The notes beneath the pieces were generated by a model that did no database searches, was not told where the DNA came from, and was given only the letters and a program-made list of their open reading frames with translations. Both the position numbers and the translations under genes were made by a program. A DNA stretch of 64,000 bases from Octopus vulgaris. Lineage: Eukaryota. This document shows positions 51,975-64,000 of this stretch, piece by piece. Numbering within the stretch: the first letter of the stretch is position 1; each line of letters opens with the position of its first letter. The DNA lies in contig OX597827.1 in NCBI GenBank assembly GCA_951406725.2, forward strand, positions 37,882,001 to 37,946,000. Reading direction: 5' to 3'.

Positions 51975-52190
51975 AGAGCTGGCAGAATCGTTAGCACGCA
52001 GGGCGAAATGTGTAGCCGTATTCCGTCTGTTGTCGAGTGTTCTGGGTTCAAATTCCACCGAGGTCGACTTTGCCTTTCATCCTTTCGGGGTCGATAAATT
52101 AAGTACCAGTTACGCACTGGGGTCAATATAATCGACTTAATCCCTTTGTTTGTCCCCTCTATGTTTAGCCCCTTGTGGGTAGTAAAGAAA
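51975..52190 (+). mobile_element. tRNA-derived SINE (family A), well-preserved copy
   Basis: gagctggcagaatcgttagcac..gggttcaaattcc..catcctttcggggtcgataaattaagtaccag. At least 9 related copies in the window (also 26230-26420, 47595-47810, 50583-50800, 57990-58430). Confidence 0.85.
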
Positions 52191-52272
52191 TATATATGTA
52201 GAGCTTTTGCCAATGTATATTGGGGAGGGATATATACATTGCTCCCACCTCACTCCTTTGGGATATTTGTTC

Positions 52273-52617
52273 TACGGACTGGTCCAAAAGTCTTGTCACC
52301 ACCTGTAAATATTGTTTTTTAATTTTCTATTATCAAGGAGAGAGTTTCACAAGAGCTATACCAGAATACCTGACAGTTGAAGGATGCTGTTTTGGCAACC
52401 TTTGCAACTATTACCAAAGCACAGAACATGGTGCTGCATCATTTTGTACCATAAAAGTGATGGTGTTTATATAGATCTTCTTGATGTGTGACAATGTCAG
52501 TGTCAATGAAAGTGAATATACTAAAACCAGTATATGTGTTTGATATTATTATATTGTTCCTCTGTTGTTCATGTTACTTTTTGATAGTGGGTGACAAGAC
52601 TTTTGGACCACCCTATA
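52273..52617. mobile_element. Tc1-like MITE
   Basis: Perfect inverted repeat tggtccaaaagtcttgtcacc / ggtgacaagacttttggacca with TA flanks. Confidence 0.8.
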
Positions 52618-54872
52618 CATTGAATTACAATCTGTTGTAATATTCCCTGTCACAAATGCAATGAACCGGTGATGAAGCTGTTGGAAACCTGTCCTTCATA
52701 ATATGTGGCTATGAGTTTGTATACTTGATTCACATTACACATCCATACCAACCACTTCATCTAACCTGCGCCCTTTGGCTGATTTGTTTTATAACTAGGA
52801 ACTCCTTTGGCCACAGTTGACTCTGGATCTGCATATATATGTATGGATATATTGGCAAGTTTTTTTTTTCTTTCAAGTAGAAGACTGACAGTTATCCATG
52901 CATGTAAGTCTCCTCTCTCTATGCTACAGATGTTGTGCAAGGGTAAGGTTTTTGCCTTTTGACCATTATGACTTGGCACCCAGTGTCATTACAGGCTTTA
53001 ATGTCAAGGACCCTAAAGGCCAGAACAGATACCACAAAGCAACCTGTCCGGAGTGTAGAGATTCAGAACAGGTCCTGTTCTATCCAATTTACTATCAAGT
53101 TTATTTATTTGTCACTTGATAACTCAGCTGCCTTTTTGTAAAAATCCTCCCTTTGTATTGTTCAACCTGTATTTCTGGTTCCCACTTCATATTATTTTGA
53201 GTGACTAAGTTTTATTCTCATACAGCAACACTGATTGTATGTCTGCCCTATCTATCATATCTGTCAGTCACATAAGGAGAAGATTTCAATTCTGGACTTC
53301 TGATTTCATTTCAACTTAATTCTAAGCTCCTCTACAAGATTGTAAGACATCCTTTTTACTTCAGTGGATCATAGTTCTATGGAAAAAATATTTGTTTTCA
53401 TTCAGTTAACTTGAAGAGCTTTAAGCTCTTAATAATTGATGTCAGTGAATTTGTTAAACTCCATGCTATTCCTCTTTATTTATATTAAGTGAAGGTTTAA
53501 GAAAATTAAAAATGTTACAGGATCAAGTTTTTCTTTTTAATCAGAATCTATCTACATAAGATGTCTATTTTAATCTGCATTTTATAAAAACTTGTTTCTC
53601 ATAATTATACCACTATTGATGACCAGCACAGTCATTGTATGTGTGTGATAGTGAGTTTACAGTCAGTGCAGTGGTGCAACAGCCACTTCTGAAATTTTCT
53701 AGGCTATTTTAATTTTCAGTTGGCACAGCCACTTCATAGGTGTGGCTAATGTTTTCATCTAGATACATGACTTATATTATTTATTATAAGCTTTCATTTG
53801 TACATTTATGGTTGTATGGATAAAGAATTTGCTTTGCAGTCCCATGGTTTTAGGTTTTGTCCTGCAGTACAGTATCATAGACAAGTGTCTTTTCTTTGTC
53901 ATTTTTATGAATGACATTTGGTTGATAGAAACTGTTTGAATATTCATCAGACAAGTCCAAGAACTCCAACACAGCCAGATTTTCACTATTTAAAACTTTT
54001 GTTGTTTTTGTATTTTCACAAGTACTTTCATGTTTTTACAACCACTGTCGGCTAAACCTGTGTGTTGAGTTAAAAGTTCCCTTAAGTCTCTAAAGTAATT
54101 ACTGGGATCAATATGATCATCAAAGACTCTTGAAAGCTGTGCCCCATGATAGCTGCAATCCAATAATTGAAAGTAGGTAAAATACCTTTGATTGGGTATA
54201 GCACTCATTCATCCATCCTGCCAGCGATATGGTGAAACGAAAGAAAAGAATGTTATTTATTGTGAGATTCACTGGCGGTGGTGGTGGAGCGAGAAATGCA
54301 TCCTATGAGAAGCACAATGTAATGGTTATGATGGAAATTTTTACTTCAGTTGACTGCTAAATTCTTTTATGACTCTCTAATTCCATATAATTAAGTGGCT
54401 TCTCAAGTAGGCCTCTTAAAATGACAGATAACTAATCCAACTCGTTTGATTTTCCAACAATCATCAAGTGTTCTTGATTTGCTAAACTAGAACTTAATTA
54501 ATTATGCCAGTGGTTCTCTCCCTAAAACAAAAGAAATGGTAACACTGACTATCACTGATTTACTTCCTGTCTTAAACATATCTTCTCTGATGTTGATGCA
54601 CCAATGGAAGCACTCCGAACAAAATTACGTAAGGGAAATAATCAATATAGCTATCTTTTACAGTCATTGGATTGTGACCATGCTGGGGTACCACCTTCAA
54701 GAATTTAGTGGATCAAATTGACCCCAATTCTTATTTTTAAGTCTGTTACTTATTCTATCTCTTACTGTTGTCAAACTACTAAATTATGGGGATGTAAACA
54801 AACCAACACCAGCAGTGATGTGGGATAAACACACACACATATACATACACACACAACACACACACATACACA

Positions 54873-55410
54873 CAGGATGTCCATAAATTACTATACAGTT
54901 ATTTGTAATAAAGAAATATGATTAGACTAAAAAGATTTTCAGAAAATATCGTAACAATATAAGCAATCAATTTTATTTACTACAGTTATGATAAATGTTC
55001 AAAATGTAAGCCATTAGCTTCAATGCATTCTCAACAAAGTAAAAGCACGCTGTGACAAACTTTGGTACACAAGTTTGGATGAAGGTTAGCAAATGTATCA
55101 ATAATGTACTGCCGAAGAGCTTCAATACTTCTTGGCTTCCTCTGATTTACAAACTTGGTTTCCTTGACTTACAAACTGTTCAAAAAATTGAGACCTGTGA
55201 TCAGGATCATCCTTCAGAAGTCCGTGAATTAGGCGCGGAATGTAAAGTTTCATATTGAGTTTTGTAAATATTTTATGTAATGATGTTTGTTTGATACCAA
55301 TTTCTGAACTACCACTGTGAATTGATTTCTTTGGGCTTCTTACATATACCTCAGCAACTGAAGTCATATTTTCTTCAGTCTAACTATATACTAACTTTAT
55401 GGATGCCCTG
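54873..55410 (-). mobile_element. Internally deleted Tc1/mariner element
   Basis: TIRs caggatgtccataaa / tttatggatgccctg-TA. ORF RSPKKSI..LHKI..LNMKLY. Confidence 0.7.
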
Positions 55411-58400
55411 TATATATATATATATATACATATATATAATATTGTTGACATCATAAGAATTTATAAAATTTCTAGATAGCATGGAATAACTCTTTTTAGG
55501 AATTGGTTCTTGAAGTACACCTAAAACTATAAGTAATATCATATAAATATTGGGTTGAAAACCCCTTTTTTGATAGGAAAAATCAAAGGCTGCCCCTATG
55601 AATCGAACCCACATCTCCTGTAGACATGACAAGCATTCTACTGTTGTATGAAAACAATCCTTCGAATTTCTCTATCCATTTTAGAAACTGTATTCTCTCC
55701 AGTGTGAATTGTATGCTAGCGTGGGTTGGATGGGTTAGCCAGCTCTGAGTCAGTTCTTATTTATGTCCTCTTAGACAAATCAGAATACTGTGTCTCTCAC
55801 TTGTATATTACACTTTTGGCTTGTTTTCTACAGTTGCAGACATTGCAGTAATGGTTTCCATCATTTGGGAGTAGATTAGACCCAGCTATACCCTGGGTTT
55901 TTTTTTTTCCTTCAGAAGCCCTCTTATCTCCCTCAATACTGCACACCCACAATTTAGGGGTCTTGTGAGTTACCTAGAAACTTCACTGTCAGTGCTTCAT
56001 GAAAGCACCCAGTACACACTGTAAAGTGGCTGGTATTAGAAAGGGTATCAAGCTGTAAAAATCATGCTAAAGCAGACATTTGAGTTTGGCATAGTCTTCT
56101 GGCATATCTACTTCTGTCAAACTGTCCAACCCCTGCCAGCATGGGATATGGATGTTAAATGATGATGGAGAGAAAAATTTCATTTCAAATCGCAAGTGTT
56201 AAACACATTGCCAAATTTCTTTTAGCAACATGTTAGATTATTTATATATATATATATGTGTGTGTGTATAATGTAAAGCAGATTGTATGATGCTTGTGTA
56301 TGAATGGCTGTACTTCATTGTAGTGGGACAGGGACTCTAAATGCAGAAGACATGCATAAACTCGAGAGTAATGAAGCTAGTATTTTGAAATGCACATGTA
56401 ACATAAATGTGCATGTACAATAAAGTGTAATAGAGATAAAGAATTGTCAATCATTTAAAGTTGATGGCAAATGTGGAAGAAGACATGGGATGAAGTAGTG
56501 AGGACTGATTACAAGATGTTAGGCTTCACAGACTGAGATGTCTGGTTTTATGAGGTTCTTGAGAAGACCCGCCCACCTCAGCAAAACTGAATTCTAGAAG
56601 TACTGTGTTACACCCATATGTAACATTAAAAAGCTTTTCACGCACCTCACCCTAATAAACTAAACTATGTCTCCCCTTCGTCTCTTCCTCACTTGTGCAG
56701 CCCAGTCCTGTCCTCACTGCCCCACCCACTGTATCATTGTGATCCTGTTCCCCCCACCACCACCACTCTGTATAACCAAGGTTTCACTAGTTGCTGCATT
56801 TCCACCCTCCCTCCTTTGCATTCTCATGAACTCTCTACTCATGCACCCTTAGCAATGCTCTACCATCGAATTTGTATTCTCATCTCTATACCTTAAGAGT
56901 ATCTCCTGGCATATCACCACCATCTCTCTCACTCTCGTTCTCTTCCACTCTTGCTTTCCCTCATTCTCAATTACTCTCTCTATCTCTCTCTCCAACAGTG
57001 GTAACCATATATCTCTTCTACAGCAAGACACCTACTTCTGACCCTCTTTTATACTCTAATCCCTCATCACCAGGCACAAAGCGACCTCCTTCAATACCAT
57101 CCCACCTCTCAGAGGATCTTTGTCTTGCAAGTTACTTGGTAACCTCACTGGTGTTGGTGCCACGTAAAAAGCATTCAGTCCACATTGTAAAGTGGTTGGC
57201 ATTAGAAAGAGCATCCTGCTGTAAAAGCCATATGCAAAGTAGACCTTACCAGTGCTGGTGCCATGTGAAAAGCATTCAGTTCACATTGTAAAGTGTTTGA
57301 CGTTAGGAAAGGCATCCAGCTGTAAAAACCATGCCAAAACAGACAGTGGGGCTTTGTGTAGTCCTCTGGCTTGCCAGCTCCTGTTGAGCTGTCCAACACA
57401 TTGGCATGGACAAATGGATGTTAAATTATGATGATATATGATCCAAATAAGAGAAAGAAAGACTTTGACACATCTTTAATGATCAGTACCAACTATTTTC
57501 TGTACCAACTCTGCTCTGAATGCCAGCTTATGCAAAAGTTTAAAATGAAAATTTATGTAATATTTGTGATCTTAGACATTAGAGTAGCACTTCCTCAGAC
57601 CTTTATCAAATGTGCACTTTTACATGGTGTGTCTGCCAGACTTTGCATTTTGCTTTTATCAGGAAGAAACAAAAAGTAAATAAAAGCATGGTTAGGGGAT
57701 GAAAGAAAAAAATGATGACGAAAGAGGACAAGAACATGAAGTTAAAGATAGAGAATTGGTAGAAGCAGAAGAAAGAGAAAGCTAAACAAATAGTTGGATG
57801 GTAGAAGTGAGCTAGTGTTTACAATTACAAGTAAACCCACAGACGCCAGTATCAAATTACAATTGATGGGTGAAAAATCATTTCAATTTAGTACAAGCGA
57901 CAAAATTAAAAAGACTAAAAGGGAAAGAACGATGAAATTAAAAATAATAACAATACTAATAATAGGAAAATGATAATCCTTACTACTAAATGATGGGGCA
58001 GTGGACTAGTTGATTATATTGACCCCCACTGTTTCACTGGTACTTAATTTATTGACCCCGAAAGGATGAAAGGCAAAGTCAACCTTGATGGAATGTAAAG
58101 ACATAAAGCATTTTGCCTGGCATGCTAATGATTCTTGCAGCTCACTGCCTCAATAATAATAATGATACTATTAATAATAAAGACGATAATACTAGTATTA
58201 TAAATAATGGCAATAGCAATGATAATAATCCTTTCTACAAGGCCTGAAATTTTGGGGAGGAGTCTAGTTGATTACATTGACCCCAGTGTGTGACTGGTAC
58301 TTATTTTATCAACCCCAAAAGGATGTAAGACAGAGTCAACCGGGGCGGAATTTGAACTCCGACTGTAAGGCAGGAAGAGATACCACTAAGCATTTTGCCT

Positions 58401-58539
58401 GGCATGCTAATGATTCTGCTAGCTCTGTGCCTTAACAACGACAATGATAATAATAATAATAACAATAATAATACCACTATTAATAATAATAAAGACAGTA
58501 ATACTAGTATTATAAATAATGACAATAACAATAATATGA

Positions 58540-59560
58540 ATAATAATAATGATAATGTTCAATAACCACTAAGGGTTCACAAAAACATTGGAGACAGTAC
58601 AGGGCAATACAATGTGGGGTTACATAAAAGACATGTAAAAAATAAAACTAACAATGTAAATTATAACAATGAATAATTCCCCAAAAGAAGGAGACTTCTT
58701 AGGGCTGCTTGTGGAGATCTCACAAAAACCAGGATTGTGCTGACCACTAGGACAAGTGTTCTCTTTACATTGTCCTCCAACTTACAGGTGCATGCTTAGT
58801 TGGACCATTCTTGCAGCATTCACCCACCTTTTAGTAAAATTATGGGGAAGCAGCACTTCCCTTTCCACCCTCACTTTCCATTTCAAGTTAAACTTAAGAA
58901 GTTGAAGGCTTGGCCAAAGAGGAAAGTGTCTGTCTTCAGCCCTTTCAATATGGTTCACCACATAACCTCATTTGCTAAGGCTACCGAGCAAAGAAAGACA
59001 ATCCTGCCACCTTCCTTCCTTTCGCTTGGAAGTCCTGCCAGTTACCCCCTGGTAGTACTGCGAAGTCAAGGATTTCTGGAAATTATCCGTAGGCCCTGGC
59101 CCAAAAACTTGAAACAGACCGACCAGTTGATTCTCACCAACGCCCAGAATCTCCCCGAGAACATCATTGTACTTGCCTGCCACTAACCCTCTATAGAAGG
59201 CCGGAGTAGATCTTCCACTGACTGCTTTTCCTGATTGACAGAGGACTGTGAGCACCTGACAACACTCTATGTCTATGCTTGATTCAAGACTGCAGCTCAG
59301 TCAAAGAGACAAACTGGAAAATCCCATCTGAAAAACTATGACCACACCTACTCACCATCAAGGAAGCACTGGAGATGTCATAACTTCAGCACATGTTTGT
59401 ACATCAGTAGCCACAGCATGCCCAGCCCTCCATTCAGCAGATTTTTATAGCAAATGGAGCACCTGAACAAAGGAACTCATTCCTTTCACAAAAAAAACAG
59501 AAGGGTGGAAAGTAAGCTAGCAGAAGTATTCTGCTGACCTTAGAATGTGACATGCAGAGA
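58540..59560 (-). mobile_element. Decayed non-LTR retrotransposon 3' fragment (possibly L1/Tx1-like)
   Basis: GC-richer degenerate coding-like block next to an (AAT)n tract. Clade assignment is tentative. Confidence 0.4.
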
Positions 59561-59859
59561 CATAACAGAAAAGGAGAAAAAGAGGGAAGAAGTTAGTAAG
59601 GGGTAGGGTGTGCCTTAAAGAGTTAGAGTAGAAACCTAAAATTAAGGAAGAAACCAAAATTTGGTTGGGATATTTATAAAATATTTAGTTTTGAATAAAC
59701 ATACAGCTGGTAATGAAATAGGGTGAATTGAAATAAGATACAATTCAAAATTAAAATATGTCTAGGAACAGTGGTAGAGTACCAAGACAGAGTTGTAAAA
59801 TAAGGAGAAAAGTATATAGTGTTGCTATTGCTATATGTAAGAATATAGATACTTATATA

Positions 59860-60839
59860 CAGGGGTTGGACAAAATAATGGAAACATCTTAAAATTTCTA
59901 ACAAATTTATTTTAATATGGGGTAGGACCGCTTTTAGCAGTATTTACAGCTTGAATTCTATGAGGTATGGACTCATACAAATTTTGATTTGTTTCCAAAG
60001 AAATTTTTGTCTATTCTTTAGCTAAATCAGTCTCAAGTTCTTGTAGTGATGATGGTGAACGATATCAACTCCTTACTTGTTTTCTTAAAATTCACCATAA
60101 ATGTTCAATAATATTGAGCTCTGGGGACTGTGGTAGCCAGATAAGATGTTCAACTTCACTAGAATTTTCCTCATGCCATTCAGTAATAATTTTAGCTGTG
60201 TGAATTGGTGCATTATCATACTGAAAGAAAATAACATTCTTCTACTGCTCTAGGGACCAATTCTGTAGGTTTTTACTCCACTCTAAATGCTTTGCAATGT
60301 TTGTTTTTGAAAGTAGTAGTTTTCTGATTGCAGCCCTCCCATGCAGCTCCTGGCGAACAGTTTTTGTGGAAACTGGGTTCTCAAGGTAGTCATTAAGCTC
60401 TGCAGTAATTTTGGGAGCTGTACTGTTGTGATCCTCTCTAACAATTCGCATAAGTGTCTGATGGTCCCCATCTGAAAGTTTTGATTTTCTTCCAGAGTTT
60501 TGTTTTGACAAGGAGGTTTTTCCCTCTTTCTCAAAGGCTGTCATTACTTTTGTGATAGTACTTCTTGATACACCAAACATTTCGTCTGTTTTCATTATGC
60601 TAGTGCCTGCCATATGAGCACCAACAATTTGACCTCTTTGAAAGTCCGATAGATCTGTCATTTTTAATGAATTTTAATTACCTTTTTATGATGATATCTG
60701 AAAAGAAACAGCAATTTTAGCAAAACATTAAGCAACACTAATAATAAATCAAAACACAAAAATAAACAAGCTTTAGACGGTTTTATAGATATTTCAAAAT
60801 TATGATGCTCGGTGTTTCCATTATTTTGTCCAACCCCTG
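59860..60839 (-). mobile_element. Tc1-family transposon, internally deleted
   Basis: Perfect 27-bp TIR caggggttggacaaaataatggaaaca with TA TSD. ORF 60242-60661 is the paired-like HTH (DLSDFQRGQIVGA..NSGRKSKL). The C-terminus has DNAPIH..WLPQSPELNIIEHLW. Confidence 0.93.
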
Positions 60840-63800
60840 TATATCCATCTGTTTAGTTTGTTTTGAGCAAAAGCCTCAGAATGTTCTCTTAAAAGCTCCT
60901 ATGCTTCTTGTTGTCAGCTACCACCTGTCAGTCTCATCTCCCAGTGGAATGGTTATACAGGTGGAACTCCTTTCAGCTAAGGATAAATATAATAATAATA
61001 ATAACTTGTGGATGGTAATTCGAAGGCTATCCCACATGTCTATTAGTTAGGAATTTTTCATATTCATAAGATATCTATCATAATAATGAGCTTGTTTGTA
61101 AGTTTGTCCAAAATCATGCAATAAGAGAGTAGACGTCGGCATAAGTAAGAGTAAAAAAAAGGGAAGAGACAAAATGGTAATAACAATGAGAGAGAGATTG
61201 GTATCAAACACCTCTCGCCCTCTCCCTCTCTCTTTCTCTCTCTGAACAAAAGCCTTTTCACTTTATTGATGAACACTGCCTCGCTCTTTCTCTCACTTTC
61301 TATTTACAAATGCGCACACACACTCTCTCTTTGTCTCTCACTCTTTTCACTCACTCTCTTTCTCTCTCTCAGCAACATTTTCATTTTTATTCAATGAACA
61401 CTGATTTTTTTCTGATAAACATTAATAACAATATATAAGATAAGTAAATAAGATTTTTGCACCTCAAAATTATATTTTCTGTATCTCTATGGATGTTTGA
61501 CTGTTCTGGAAGATTTTTTTTGTTTAAAAATCTGCAGCAAAGTTAATAGAATATAAGATAAGTAAATATGTAGTAATTTTTAAGTCATAAAATTAAAATA
61601 TTGTCTATTGAAAGAAAGCTTGATAATTGTAGTGGGCTGGATGTGATGTACCCACATCCTTTTTTCCAAGCTGAGATTTGAAATCAAGTCTAAGAATTCT
61701 CGCTCATTTGATCCACCACTGGCCAAACAAGTGCAAAAGAAATTTCTTTGTCCTGTCAAAAGTGATCAACGGATTTCCCGTCAACCTATGACCTGAACCG
61801 TGTCATTTAAGCTTCAAGTGGACAGGAGGTGACCTACATTGGTAGAAATTACTCTTGTGGTATGTCTGTCCTTCTAGCTGTCATGACCATTATAAATACA
61901 GTCAGACATATGACAGAGGCAGATAGCCGTCACCAGGCGAGACAGCCAACAAGTAACTTGCACCAGTCAAGCAGCCAACAAAGAATCACATATTCAGCAT
62001 GAACAACCCAACACAGTAGCAGTCGCAGAACATAAACAGACACCACTGAATGACCAGCGCACACACAGACACAAAACATGTCCAGTTCTACCTCATATAT
62101 TGGCACAGTATTTCCCCTGTTTATTTTCTTCTTTGCCAACTTGAAGCAAGTTGGTAATGTCATGTGGTGAATTTTTTGGTGTATCCAAGAAGTAAATGCA
62201 AGTGTTGATTAAATAAATTATTTAAAACACAATCCGATGCTTTCCCATTGTTTTACTTTGATGTCATCCACATGCCTATTTTATCTGCTACCTCAGCATT
62301 TTTTGCTACACCATCTCACTACATAATATTGTCTGTTTAAAGAAAGCTAAATATAAAGGGAAGGTGATTATAAATATTTACAAATGCTTGCTGATACAGT
62401 GATGTTTGTAAATATTTATGAATGAAGAATTTTGCCAAGGCGGTAAGAGTGTGAAAGAGACAGAGATAGAGACTGTGTAGATGTTGCTTGGAAAAAAACT
62501 CTCTGTGTATGCCATTAATATAATCCTGTGTAATTTTATACTTTGTATGGTTGTGTATAGAAATATAAACAAATTAACGTACGTACACACACACACAAAT
62601 ATACTCATTTGTTTTGAAGTTTGTAATTTGTTGTATTAAATATATTTATCCACCTGCTATGGAGAATGAATCTGATAGAAGGCGATGGTTAGCCAGAGAG
62701 AGACAAAGGTGAAGAACAGCCAGTCTCACTCAGGAAGAACTGGATGCAAGAAGATTAAACAATACATTAAGGTTATTAAATCAATCACGAGAAGTGAGAC
62801 AAGAGAGATGAGTGCAAAATGCAAGAAGACAGGCTCGAAGACGTCAAAATGAAAAGGAGCACCTAATTGCACAAAGGAGAGATATCCAAAGAAAGGGAGG
62901 GCAGCACAAAAGTGCCGAGATGAAACAGAAGAGCAAGCAGCAGTGAGAAGAGAATATCTAAGAATGAAAGCATCACAAAGACGATGATGAAACAGAAGAG
63001 GAAGCAGCATAAAGGAGAGAAATCAATGAGAAGAATGGAAGAATTAAACAAACCATCCAAAACAAGGCAAACTCATTGCTGGTAGGGTTTTCACTAGAAA
63101 CGTAGTGCTGAAGCAATTACTGAGATAAAGGTTGTAATGTTTTTATTTTGATTTTATTATCTGTATCATTTTCATGCTGTCATTTTTGACGGTACGGGTA
63201 CACAAGTTATCTAAGATTATTCTTAATACACACAAACACAACTCACATAATACATATCCACAAGCAATACCACTTGATTCAATAAATGAATACCAGTTGC
63301 TTGACCTGCTAGAAATAACAACCGGATCTGTTCAGTTAAGTATGGCTGTGGAAGTTAAGAAGTTTGCTTTGTAACTAAGTGGTTTTGAGTTTGATCCTGC
63401 TGCGCAGCACCTTGGACAAGTGTCTTCTACCTTACCCTCAGGTCAATCAGAGCTTCTGGAATAAAAACTGGTATATGGAAGCTATATGGATCCCATTAAA
63501 GGGGCCATTCTTGGTGATAACGGTAGACTTAATCCTTAACACAACTACCTAATCCTTGAGGAACCTTCAACAGAGTCTGCTCTTCTGCTCTGATTTCAGG
63601 ATAACCTCTTCCCTTCAGTTACATGGGTTCCTGAAATTAATAATGGATACTGTCCTTCTTCTTAATCATTAAAAAGAAAAAAGCTTCTAATAGTCCCTGA
63701 GGAATCAAAGTGAGCCATAATGGCCAATTCTGTTTGCTTGTATTCACTGCAATCATCAGTACTGTACACCAACTAAAATGAAATACGTTCCGATAGTCAT

Positions 63801-64000
63801 GATAAGCACTGCATATATACATGTGCAATGTGGGCCCAGACTAGAACTAAACCTTAACAACAGTCAAGTCAGTCACTTTATTGACTGATGGACAAAACTA
63901 CAGGTTTAGTTTGACTGCTAGAAATAGGGAGAAATCTCCCTCAAATCACACCTTACAGTCTGCTTGGTCAAGGATAACATTGGACTAAACAACTACTGCT

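Noticed and set aside
55585-55655. tRNA-like sequence on - with B box GGTTCGATTC
   Set aside because: Acceptor and D arms do not fold. Treated as a decayed tRNA pseudogene or SINE head.

Overview
AT-rich, repeat-dense eukaryotic genomic DNA, not prokaryotic. The SINE/RTE/MITE repertoire and gene structures suggest a coleoid cephalopod, probably Octopus (inference). Two complete spliced genes can be reconstructed by hand, lying tail-to-tail: PEX13 on + (5 coding exons, 10569-25212, 379 aa) and RPS7 on - (non-coding TOP exon near 39589-39614 plus 6 coding exons, 37235-29530, 193 aa). A candidate small membrane-protein gene runs on - from 4331 toward the window start. The rest is mostly decayed mobile DNA: Gypsy LTR remnants, RTE and CR1/L2-like LINEs, tRNA-derived SINEs, Tc1/mariner, piggyBac, hAT, pogo, Helitron and MITEs. 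There is also a processed PTPA pseudogene. The most unusual signal is a type I hammerhead ribozyme motif at 10045-10100. It has the palindromic minimal stem III typical of Penelope-like elements, sits inside a 24-bp inverted repeat, and lies about 470 bp upstream of the PEX13 start codon. No CRISPR array, rRNA or intact tRNA was seen. Most ORF-track entries are spurious or derive from repeats.
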